Assembly: GCA_964582655.1 (NCBI GenBank)
Contig: CAZOTP010000002.1
Location: 1-40,081 of the forward strand
Origin: an uncultured Pirellulales bacterium
GTDB lineage: Bacteria; Planctomycetota; Phycisphaerae; Sedimentisphaerales; SM23-30
Direction of reading: 5' to 3'
Length of the DNA stretch: 40,081 nucleotides
A program made the position numbers and the translations under genes. Shown here one piece after another: positions 17,046-24,540 of the stretch. Under the pieces are notes generated by a model. It was given only the letters and a program-made list of their open reading frames with translations. It had not been told where the DNA came from and made no database searches. Within the stretch, counting starts at the first letter, position 1; the number at the start of each line of letters is the position of its first letter.

Positions 17046-18728
17046 TCAGCCGTTTGCCAGCCAGCCGGCCAGCCAGGTTACGCTTCCGATCAGCAGAAGC
17101 ACCACGAGGATCAGCAGGACAAACCCATACCATGCGTGTTTTCGGGTTTCGCGAAAATCGATCTTTCGAATGGCGGCGTCATAATCAAAGTCCTGATCGG
17201 CTTCGGGGGGCAACTCATATGTGCCGGTTCCCGGAATCTCACGGAATCCGACTTTATGCAGGATTTCCTCCTGACCGATGGGCGTTTTCAGGAGCAGATA
17301 AAACCGGTCCAGCCGATGTTTCGGTTCGGGGGGCGTGAGCAAACTGACGATAATTCCGGCCGCAATCCCCGCCGCGATATACAGCGTGACGGTTTTCGGC
17401 AACCCGGGATCACCCTGCCATTCCATGTGGAACTGAGCGAACACCACCGCGCCGACGGCGGCAAAAAACGCGGCGAACATGCCGTACCGGTTGGACCGCC
17501 GCCACAGAATCGCGAAGAAAAACGGAATCCCCATCAGGGGAATTGTCTGGAACAGGAATCGGATGGCTTTGGTGGTATCGTCGAAGAGATAGGAACAGGA
17601 TATGGACGCAACGGCAAAGACTACGGAGGACAAGCGGCTGACCAGAAGATACCGTTTTTCGGAGACATCCGGGCGGATGAATTTTTTATAGATGTTATTG
17701 GAGAACACGCCGGCAAAACAGAGCATCTGGACAGCGCAGTTATCCATCATGGACGCCATCACGCACGCCAGCATGAGCCCCACACATCCCGCCGGCAGCA
17801 GATCCTGGGAGATGGTCCCGAAAATATGGTCCGGTTTCAGTGTTCCCGCTCCATAGAGCGCCATCGCCATCACGCCGGTCAGGGCCCAGGGGATGGTGAT
17901 GAGCCGTTTGAGGAGCAGGCCTCCGACAAAACCGATCCGGCTGTCCATTTCGGTTTTTGCCGAAGCGGTATTGGACATGATATGGGGCTGGGTAACCATG
18001 CTGATCAGCGACGCCATGGTCACCATGACAATCCAGTACAGCGTCATATCCTGCGAGAGTACCAGCCGGAAGGTTTCCTGGGGATTTTCCAGTCCCGCCT
18101 GAAAGCCGTTCAGCCCGCCGATCCGATGCCAGAAAAAGGGGATAATGAGAATCGACATGACAATGGTGAGAATGCCCTGGAGAAAATCGTTCCACACGGC
18201 GGCGATCAGTCCTCCGGCGGCGCCGTAAAAGAAAGAAATCGATCCCAGAATCACAAGGATATATTGCCATGAAATCGTGTGGTCCATCAGGGCCTCCAGG
18301 AGCCGGCTGGAGGCATAGAGCATGATGCTGGTCGAGACCAGACTGTAGAACATGGAAAAGAGGGAATACAGCGCCATGAATTCCGTGCCGAACCTGCGCT
18401 CGAAGAAATCGGCGGTGGTGAGCACTCGCGCCCGCCGATAAATCGGCGCCAGGAGCCAATAGACGGGCAGGGTAAAGACCATGACCCACTGGTACCAGAT
18501 TCCGGCGAATCCCACTTTATACGACTGGGCGGCAACCCCCACCGCGTTATCCGCGTGGGTCCCTGCGCCAAAGGAAAACAGGATCATCATCGCCTTGCCG
18601 AAGCGGCGGCCCCCCATGAGAAAATCCTCGCGGTTGCGGATAAAATACGTGGCCGCCACGCCGATTCCCGCAATCACGAGGAAATACAGCAAAATCACAA
18701 GGCCATCAAGAATCGTTAATCCGAACAT
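17046..18728 (-). CDS. Sodium:solute symporter (SSS) family transporter with a C-terminal extension
   Basis: 560 aa. The N-terminus MFGLTILDGLVILLYFLVIAGIGVAATYF... is SSS-like. After the core comes a roughly 70-aa hydrophilic segment and one extra C-terminal TM helix. Confidence 0.85.
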   Translation of the reverse strand: MFGLTILDGLVILLYFLVIAGIGVAATYFIRNREDFLMGGRRFGKAMMILFSFGAGTHADNAVGVAAQSYKVGFAGIWYQWVMVFTLPVYWLLAPIYRRARVLTTADFFERRFGTEFMALYSLFSMFYSLVSTSIMLYASSRLLEALMDHTISWQYILVILGSISFFYGAAGGLIAAVWNDFLQGILTIVMSILIIPFFWHRIGGLNGFQAGLENPQETFRLVLSQDMTLYWIVMVTMASLISMVTQPHIMSNTASAKTEMDSRIGFVGGLLLKRLITIPWALTGVMAMALYGAGTLKPDHIFGTISQDLLPAGCVGLMLACVMASMMDNCAVQMLCFAGVFSNNIYKKFIRPDVSEKRYLLVSRLSSVVFAVASISCSYLFDDTTKAIRFLFQTIPLMGIPFFFAILWRRSNRYGMFAAFFAAVGAVVFAQFHMEWQGDPGLPKTVTLYIAAGIAAGIIVSLLTPPEPKHRLDRFYLLLKTPIGQEEILHKVGFREIPGTGTYELPPEADQDFDYDAAIRKIDFRETRKHAWYGFVLLILVVLLLIGSVTWLAGWLANG

Positions 18729-18764
18729 AGTTTGTTCTCGATAAACGAAGGCGGAATTGGAATC

Positions 18765-19487
18765 TTATTCCTGTTTGTTCCGCATGGTTTTCAGTTCCTG
18801 GGCTAATTCCTCGGGCGTCAGTTTCTGGATATGCTGACGGATCGCCTTTTCCGCCTCCTCGGGATTGCGGTTTTTGAGAGCGTCCAAAATGGGCTGGTGA
18901 CTTCGGCCGAAGACCGATTCGATGGGCCGCAGCGCGTGAAACAGAAGGTCCATCAATTCACTTTGCTCTTTGTAGCAGTAATTCTGCTGCATAATCGGTT
19001 CAAACATGTCCGCCAGCAGCGTATTGCCGCAGCGGCTTACGATATAACGATGAAAAACGACATCGGCGTCCTTGTATCGAGAACGGTCCTCCTCTTGATC
19101 CGCCAGGATCAGTTCCTGATGGATATCCGCCAGTTCGGACAATTCCTGATCCCGGATGCGGGATGCCAGAAGACGAACGGCTTCCACTTCCAGCGCCCGC
19201 CGGACTTCGAAAAGCTGACTCAAATCATTCTGACTGGAATAATCCTTGATGTAAACGCCGGAAGGTCTGTTGCGATGCACGGCCCAGCCTTTCTGCACGA
19301 GTTTTTCCAGGGCTTCCCGCACCGGCGCCTGACTGATGCGCAACTGCCTGGCCAGATCCCGCTGCACCAGTCGCATCCCGGAGCAAAATTTCCCGTCCCG
19401 GATATTGCCAACCACATAGTCATAAACCTGATCGGTCAGTCTGCATTCCATAACCGATTCATCCGAAAGGCGAATCGAACTATTCAT
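18765..19487 (-). CDS. GntR-family transcriptional regulator, FadR/FCD subfamily (second copy)
   Basis: 240 aa with a wHTH (RDLARQLRISQAPVREALEKLVQKGW) and an FCD-like C-terminal domain. It is the first gene of the operon. Confidence 0.9.
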   Translation of the reverse strand: MNSSIRLSDESVMECRLTDQVYDYVVGNIRDGKFCSGMRLVQRDLARQLRISQAPVREALEKLVQKGWAVHRNRPSGVYIKDYSSQNDLSQLFEVRRALEVEAVRLLASRIRDQELSELADIHQELILADQEEDRSRYKDADVVFHRYIVSRCGNTLLADMFEPIMQQNYCYKEQSELMDLLFHALRPIESVFGRSHQPILDALKNRNPEEAEKAIRQHIQKLTPEELAQELKTMRNKQE

Positions 19488-19552
19488 AAATCTCTTATTT
19501 ACAAAGGTTAGTGATTTTTAATTCATGAAACATATTACTATGATCTATCTTC

Positions 19553-19591
19553 TGATCGATCATATGATAGACCAATAATTTTAACTGTCAA
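19553..19591 (-). promoter_or_regulatory. Sigma70-like promoter TTGACA-N16-TATCAT plus the 10-bp palindrome TGATCGATCA at the predicted start site
   Basis: On the minus strand the sequence reads TTGACAgttaaaattattggtcTATCATaTGATCGATCAgaagatag. The -35 is at 19586-19591, the -10 at 19564-19569 and the palindrome at 19553-19562. The leader to the GntR ATG is about 70 nt. Confidence 0.4.
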
Positions 19592-19646
19592 TTGGATATT
19601 TTATTTTTGCCCGATGAAGGGGAAAGCGTTCGGCAAGGCGGGACTA

Positions 19647-20987
19647 TCAAGAATTCGATATCGAGGGAATTCCGTAGGGACCGTCGGGCAGAAGCAGAAG
19701 AGAAGCGCGGGGATTTTCCCGAAGGAGCTTGTCGAGGGCAAGTTGGGTGATTCGCTGCGTGAAGGAGCTGTCGGATTCGCCGGAATTTGGGGAGTGGAGG
19801 GTGGCGGCGTTGGTTTCGGGAATGGTTTTATCGCGCAGACGAGCGGCGCAGGTCATGAGATTTTTTGCGGTGCCTAGTTTTTGGAAGACTTTGGCCCACA
19901 TCTGCACCTGCCACTGTTCGGGAACGAAGGTCCAGCCGGGATCGCGGATCGCGCGGCGGAATTCCTGAGGAGTCATCTGCTGAAGGAGCGGGAGGATTTG
20001 TTTGTATCCCGCCCCACCGATGGGGTCCGGGTCGGTCAGATCGGCGGTGAGAAGGATATGGCCGTTTGGGCAGGCCGCACGACAGGCTTCGTAAGCGGCT
20101 TTGGCGCACTGGTAGTGGTTCACGCCCACATCGCCGGCCTGGGTGAGGACGATGTCGAACTCATGAGGAATTGGGATTCGCACAAAATCACGGATTTGAT
20201 CGATGGCGGCGCGGTGGGCCTGTTCCAGCGAACCGGCGAAGATGCCGGCGAGTTTTTTTTCAGAGTTAATGGTGACATTGACGGTAAAATCGACGCCGGC
20301 CATTTTTGCGATAGCGAGGGATTCTTCATGGCAGGGATTGCCTTCCAAGACAAGCGTGTCGGCGCGGGGGTGGTCGAGGATTTCGGCGGAATGGAAACCC
20401 CATGTGACGGACTGGCCGCAGATGCCGGGGCAGAGGGCTTTTCGGCCTCCGGAGTAGCCGGCCATGAAATGCGGCTCGACCAGGCTGGTGAGGATTTTCA
20501 GATCGGCCTGGCCATAAAATCGATTGATCGCAACCGTCGGATTGCGGGAGGTGCTTCCCAGGGTTATCAGCATGTCGGGATCGTCGGCGATGTGGTTGAG
20601 AATCTCGATGCCGGGGCGGAATGCCGAATCACCGAGCATGCGTCGAAGCTCCTCCTGGGACATGGCGCGATGCGTGCCGCAGGCGATAAGGATGCGGATT
20701 TGAGCGATGCCGCTTTGCCGGAGAATATCCAGGAGTGGAGCAAGAATGCCGTCCGGTTCTTTGTAGGGGACGGGCCGGGTGTTGTCGGAGACCACAATGA
20801 CGGCGGAACAACGTCCGGCGGCGAGCGCGGACAAGGGGGGAGAATCGACGGGATGGTTCAAGGCTTGATGCAATGTTTCCGCGGGATATTCCAGTGGGGG
20901 CATGGGGGACAATCGCAGAATCTGCGCCGAATCGGGGATTTGAAGAGTGAATTCTGATTTGCCATAAGGCCAGGAAATTCTTTTCAT
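19647..20987 (-). CDS. larA: LarA-family nickel-pincer-nucleotide (NPN)-dependent 2-hydroxyacid racemase/epimerase homolog
   Basis: 446 aa from ATG 20985-20987 (AAGGAA lies 5 nt upstream; the track start at 21005 is TTG). It carries VSDNTRP, CGTHR (His106) and PHFMAGYSGGRK...FH, giving His173, Lys183 and His199. This reproduces the H-x9-K-x15-H spacing of the catalytic His, the NPN-tethering Lys and the Ni-ligand His of L. plantarum LarA (His108/His174/Lys184/His200). Confidence 0.85.
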   Translation of the reverse strand: MKRISWPYGKSEFTLQIPDSAQILRLSPMPPLEYPAETLHQALNHPVDSPPLSALAAGRCSAVIVVSDNTRPVPYKEPDGILAPLLDILRQSGIAQIRILIACGTHRAMSQEELRRMLGDSAFRPGIEILNHIADDPDMLITLGSTSRNPTVAINRFYGQADLKILTSLVEPHFMAGYSGGRKALCPGICGQSVTWGFHSAEILDHPRADTLVLEGNPCHEESLAIAKMAGVDFTVNVTINSEKKLAGIFAGSLEQAHRAAIDQIRDFVRIPIPHEFDIVLTQAGDVGVNHYQCAKAAYEACRAACPNGHILLTADLTDPDPIGGAGYKQILPLLQQMTPQEFRRAIRDPGWTFVPEQWQVQMWAKVFQKLGTAKNLMTCAARLRDKTIPETNAATLHSPNSGESDSSFTQRITQLALDKLLRENPRASLLLLPDGPYGIPSISNS

Positions 20988-21009
20988 ACCGATTCCTTCA
21001 AGCAAGCGG

Positions 21010-22566
21010 TCAGGAGAACCAAGTTTGCAGTTGGCTGTAGAGGGACCAGACCCCAGTGATTAAAAATCCGCCGAAGGAAAACCAGAGCAGCACATCCCAG
21101 ATTCGGGCCGGCGTGAGCGGCTGGAGGGTTTTTCGATAGCGGAAATACAAGGCCGCAATTCCCAGCATCGGGAGCATGATCGCCTGGGCGACGCCGCTGG
21201 CGAGGACCATGGCGACGGGTGCCTGAACGAAAATATACGCCACGACAGCAACGAGGGGCCAGACGGCGCTGATCCAGCGGGTCCATCGCTGCCGGGTGCG
21301 CTCCGATTTGTCATGGAGGCCGAACAATCCCAGGCCGTCGGCGACCATTCGGGAATTGCCCGCCGCAGCGACAAAAAACGTGGAATAGAGCACGGCGAAG
21401 GCGCCGAAAAGAAAGACGCCGTCGGACCATTTCCCGAATACGGGAACGTACATCTCTTTGAGGGTACGAATCATATCCGTCTGCTGGGGATTCAGACGGG
21501 CGCGGCCCAGCACGGCGGCGCCGAGCCAATAAAACGCGACGGTGACAAAGGTATAAACGGCCATGGAGGCAAAGGCGTCGATGTGCAGGATTCGCAGCCA
21601 GCCTTTGGCTCGCGCCAGCCAGTCAGGGCTATCCTGGCGCGGGCCGGTGAAGCGGGCGTATCCTTTTTCCAGGCACCAGTAGGGATACATAATCAATTCC
21701 GCAGCTCCCACGCCGATGATGCCGAAGGCACCGAAGGCGGTGGCGATGGGATTGATGGAACTGTCCGGAAGCCTCGGCGGAAGCTGAAACCGCAATCCCT
21801 GAACGAGTTCTGAAGGTTGAATCGCCCATTCGGGTTTGGTTTGCAGGAGCAGCACGGTAAGAACGGTTACGACCGTGAAACCTGCCACGAGAATGGTAGA
21901 GACCGTTTGAATGAGGGTGTAGCGGCCGATATAGAGCAACACCGAAGTGGCGGCGGCGATGAGAACCGCCCAGAGGTAGGGATCGCGAGGTTCCTGGGAA
22001 GAACCATTTCGGACGGCGAGATCGGCGATTTTTTTCTGCCAGACGGGAATGTCCGAGGAATCGGGCCGTTGGGTCCGGAGCAAAGCAAGCTGGACTTTCG
22101 CCTGAATCAGATCGTTTTGCCTGTGGTTGTATTCCTTCCCTTCCTGCGTCAGGGGCCAAGTCATGGCCAAGGTCTGCCCCACCCCGCCGACAATTCCCCC
22201 CTGCTGAGTAATCACCAGCACCGTCATTGCGGCCCAGTACCACAGCAGCCAATTCACTTTCCATCGCGGCCCCGGCAGAGTATTGAGCGCCTCCAGCGGG
22301 GTCTGCGACCAGATAAGGGTATGCCGCCCAAATTCCACCTGCACAAAAACTTTAATGACGCAGCCCAGGACCATGAGCCAGAGCAGCCAGAAACCCGCTT
22401 CGGCTCCCACCTTGGTGGTGGCGATTAATTCCCCGGAGCCAACAATGGAACCGGCGATAATCATGCCTGGACCGAGGCTGAGAAGGATTTGCCCCAGCGA
22501 GCGGGGCGGCGGATGAGGCGACGACTTGTCCATAACCAACGTTCTCCGCGGTCCGGGCGAACACAT
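21010..22566 (-). CDS. Nramp-fold (MntH-like) transporter lacking the canonical DPGN and MPH metal-site motifs
   Basis: LGPGMIIAGSIVGSGELIATTKVGAEAGFWLLW aligns with MntH TM1 ([32 protein letters not shown]), but DPGN is replaced by GSGE. The TM6 region reads GVGAAELIMYPYW instead of GATIMPHVIYLHS. The start may be ATG 22566 or ATG 22533. Confidence 0.7.
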   Translation of the reverse strand: MCSPGPRRTLVMDKSSPHPPPRSLGQILLSLGPGMIIAGSIVGSGELIATTKVGAEAGFWLLWLMVLGCVIKVFVQVEFGRHTLIWSQTPLEALNTLPGPRWKVNWLLWYWAAMTVLVITQQGGIVGGVGQTLAMTWPLTQEGKEYNHRQNDLIQAKVQLALLRTQRPDSSDIPVWQKKIADLAVRNGSSQEPRDPYLWAVLIAAATSVLLYIGRYTLIQTVSTILVAGFTVVTVLTVLLLQTKPEWAIQPSELVQGLRFQLPPRLPDSSINPIATAFGAFGIIGVGAAELIMYPYWCLEKGYARFTGPRQDSPDWLARAKGWLRILHIDAFASMAVYTFVTVAFYWLGAAVLGRARLNPQQTDMIRTLKEMYVPVFGKWSDGVFLFGAFAVLYSTFFVAAAGNSRMVADGLGLFGLHDKSERTRQRWTRWISAVWPLVAVVAYIFVQAPVAMVLASGVAQAIMLPMLGIAALYFRYRKTLQPLTPARIWDVLLWFSFGGFLITGVWSLYSQLQTWFS

Positions 22567-22647
22567 TCAGAATATCTCTCTCTATATAACCCGAAAGCTC
22601 TCCCCTTGACAAGCTTTTCCCGAGGCCCGCAAACAGGGGAATAGGAT

Positions 22648-22677
22648 TTGACAGTTCCTGTCTGTATAAGGTAGCAT
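22648..22677 (+). promoter_or_regulatory. Candidate promoter TTGACA-N18-TAGCAT for the plus-strand operon
   Basis: Read directly from the sequence. It lies about 125 nt upstream of ATG 22802. The same -10 hexamer (TAGCAT) is found at the tRNA promoter. Confidence 0.35.
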
Positions 22678-22801
22678 AAGCAGTCAGGTTATCGGGATGA
22701 GCCTTCCCGCGGCGGAGGGGGGCCGGAATCTGCGTTGCAGAGGTGCTCCGGCCCTGCCATAGGGATGGGCGATCGCTGAGCCGGAACATTGGACAAACGC
22801 C

Positions 22802-24538
22802 ATGAACGCGACGGAGCGGACAATTCGAAACCGAATTAATCAGGAGAGGGAGCGGCAGCGGAATACGGCGGCGGAGACTCTGCTGGATTGGATTGAAGAA
22901 GGGCAGATCGTGCGGGCCCGGGGGAATCTGATGTTTCACACCGAACCGGAGAAGCTGGACGGGAAACTTCAAAAGCTTCTGCATCGTCTTTTGGAGAATC
23001 CGGAGCGTCTTTCCCGGAATCATCAGCAGCATCTGCTGCGGTTTTTGACCGACCTTGCGGCGGATCTGAAGAGCTTCGTCCCTCACTGGGTATTGAGTCC
23101 GCCTTTGACGGAGGACAATCTTCACCGGATGTTCCTGGCAGTGACTGAAGTGCTGAAACACCTTCTGCCCGTGTGCCGCGAGGCGGCGGCGGAAGTGACC
23201 AGGCAGATTCGGCGGAACACCCTCGCCCGCTTGCAGGCGGAAGGGATCGAGGATGCCTTTCGCGCGGCGGCTTTGACGGAAGAGCTTCTGGGCCATTCTC
23301 TTCTGGATTACATCCGCAATCTGACCGGGGAAATTCAACGGAGCAATTTTCTGAAGGCCTCCCTGGCCCGTAAAAACGGGATCTGCGCCACGGAGCTGGG
23401 AAACGATTACGCCGTTTTCCTGCCGTATGTTCTTCGGCTGGGCGGTTCGTTTGTGACGACCAATCCGGTGCTGATCCCGCTGGCGTGGGAGATCGAGCCG
23501 GAATACTGGAATCCCAGGGTGGATGAGCTGATCCGTTCCGGCTACCGCCGCGAGGAACTGCTGGACATTCAGAAAGATCCGCAAAAACGGGAGACCGCCG
23601 TTGTCGAAATCAATTCGCTGGTGACCATGGCAGTGGTGGAAGACAACTGCCGCCTTCTGCGGGATCTCTTTCTGGTCACCGAAGGCCGGGAAGGATATGT
23701 CAGCCTCCAGGTCAGTCCGAAGAACCACGATCAAACGGACCGGATGGTTTCGGAGGTGATGTCGCTGTATGGGCATCTGGAGCGGCGGCTGGGAGGCGTT
23801 CCCAACGCGGTCTTCAAGCTGCCGGCGACGGCGGCGGGACTGGCGGCGGCGGAGCAGATTACCGCAAAAGGAATCGGGGTTACGATTACCGTTCAGTTCG
23901 GAGTGTTTCAGGCAGCCGAGTTTGCGAAGGTTTTGCAGCGGGGCCATGCCCTGGTATGTTATCTGGCGCTGATGAACGGCCGCATGGCGTTCCCGGTGCG
24001 GGATGAAATGAAGGAAAAACAGGTTTCAGGCGGCGTGGAGGCGGCGCGCTGGGCGGGTGTCGAAGTTGCGCGAAAAGCGTTCCGGAATTTGTACGATGCT
24101 CCCGCACAGGGGGGGCTGGGGATCGATCGCGAAAAAGTGAAACTTCTGATCGCTTCGCTGCGGATTTACGATGACTGGCTGCCCGACATTTCAGAGCTGT
24201 GGGGCTGCCCAGTGATTACGGTGTTTCCCAATGTCCGGCGGGCCTATGATTCGCACCCTCGCGATTTTGACGGGCAGGCGGTGCGGGAGGTTACGCCGGC
24301 GGAGGAGATAAACACCCTGCTGGAAAGCGAAATTTTTCGACAGGCATGGTGGGCACCCGGAGATTCGCCGCGTTCCCGACCGCATCGGCCGCTGAGCCTG
24401 GAACCAAACGATTGTGACGCTGTTTTGCAATGGCCTCCTGTCGCCCAGACGCTTGGGCAGTTTATTTCGCTGTATGACAAAATGGGTGAGATGGTCAAGG
24501 CCCGAGTCCAGGCGCTGGCTGTCGTCGGAAAGGAGTGA
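22802..24538 (+). CDS. Oversized transaldolase-fold (class I aldolase) protein, atypical active site
   Basis: 578 aa. The core carries SFVTTNP (N221), GYVSLQVS (Q303), VFKLPATAAG (K339) and GVTITVQFG (T363). These align with E. coli TalB TTNP(N35), GRISTEVD(E96), KLAST(K132) and LTLLFS(T156). The Q303-K339 spacing (36) and K339-T363 spacing (24) are identical to TalB. There is an additional roughly 190-aa helical N-terminal extension and a roughly 130-aa C-terminal extension. Confidence 0.7.
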   Translation: MNATERTIRNRINQERERQRNTAAETLLDWIEEGQIVRARGNLMFHTEPEKLDGKLQKLLHRLLENPERLSRNHQQHLLRFLTDLAADLKSFVPHWVLSPPLTEDNLHRMFLAVTEVLKHLLPVCREAAAEVTRQIRRNTLARLQAEGIEDAFRAAALTEELLGHSLLDYIRNLTGEIQRSNFLKASLARKNGICATELGNDYAVFLPYVLRLGGSFVTTNPVLIPLAWEIEPEYWNPRVDELIRSGYRREELLDIQKDPQKRETAVVEINSLVTMAVVEDNCRLLRDLFLVTEGREGYVSLQVSPKNHDQTDRMVSEVMSLYGHLERRLGGVPNAVFKLPATAAGLAAAEQITAKGIGVTITVQFGVFQAAEFAKVLQRGHALVCYLALMNGRMAFPVRDEMKEKQVSGGVEAARWAGVEVARKAFRNLYDAPAQGGLGIDREKVKLLIASLRIYDDWLPDISELWGCPVITVFPNVRRAYDSHPRDFDGQAVREVTPAEEINTLLESEIFRQAWWAPGDSPRSRPHRPLSLEPNDCDAVLQWPPVAQTLGQFISLYDKMGEMVKARVQALAVVGKE

Positions 24539-24540
24539 AC

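Noticed and set aside
19596-19640. Imperfect hairpin (TTGCCCGA...TCGGCAA) downstream of the LarA stop as a terminator
   Set aside because: On the transcribed (minus) strand the stem is followed by an A-tract rather than a T-tract, and the stem has a bulge. It is not a convincing intrinsic terminator, so read-through into the GntR promoter region cannot be excluded.
22678-22801. The roughly 125-nt leader upstream of the transaldolase-fold gene as a possible riboswitch
   Set aside because: I could not match it to any riboswitch consensus I know, and it shows only short, unconvincing stems. This cannot be supported without covariance-model scanning (Rfam/Infernal).
22352-23947. 531-aa minus-strand ORF overlapping the Nramp 5' end and the transaldolase-fold gene
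   Set aside because: It is antisense to a CDS with conserved catalytic motifs and has an R/Q/P-rich low-complexity translation. It would also have to overlap the divergent promoter region. This is a shadow ORF.
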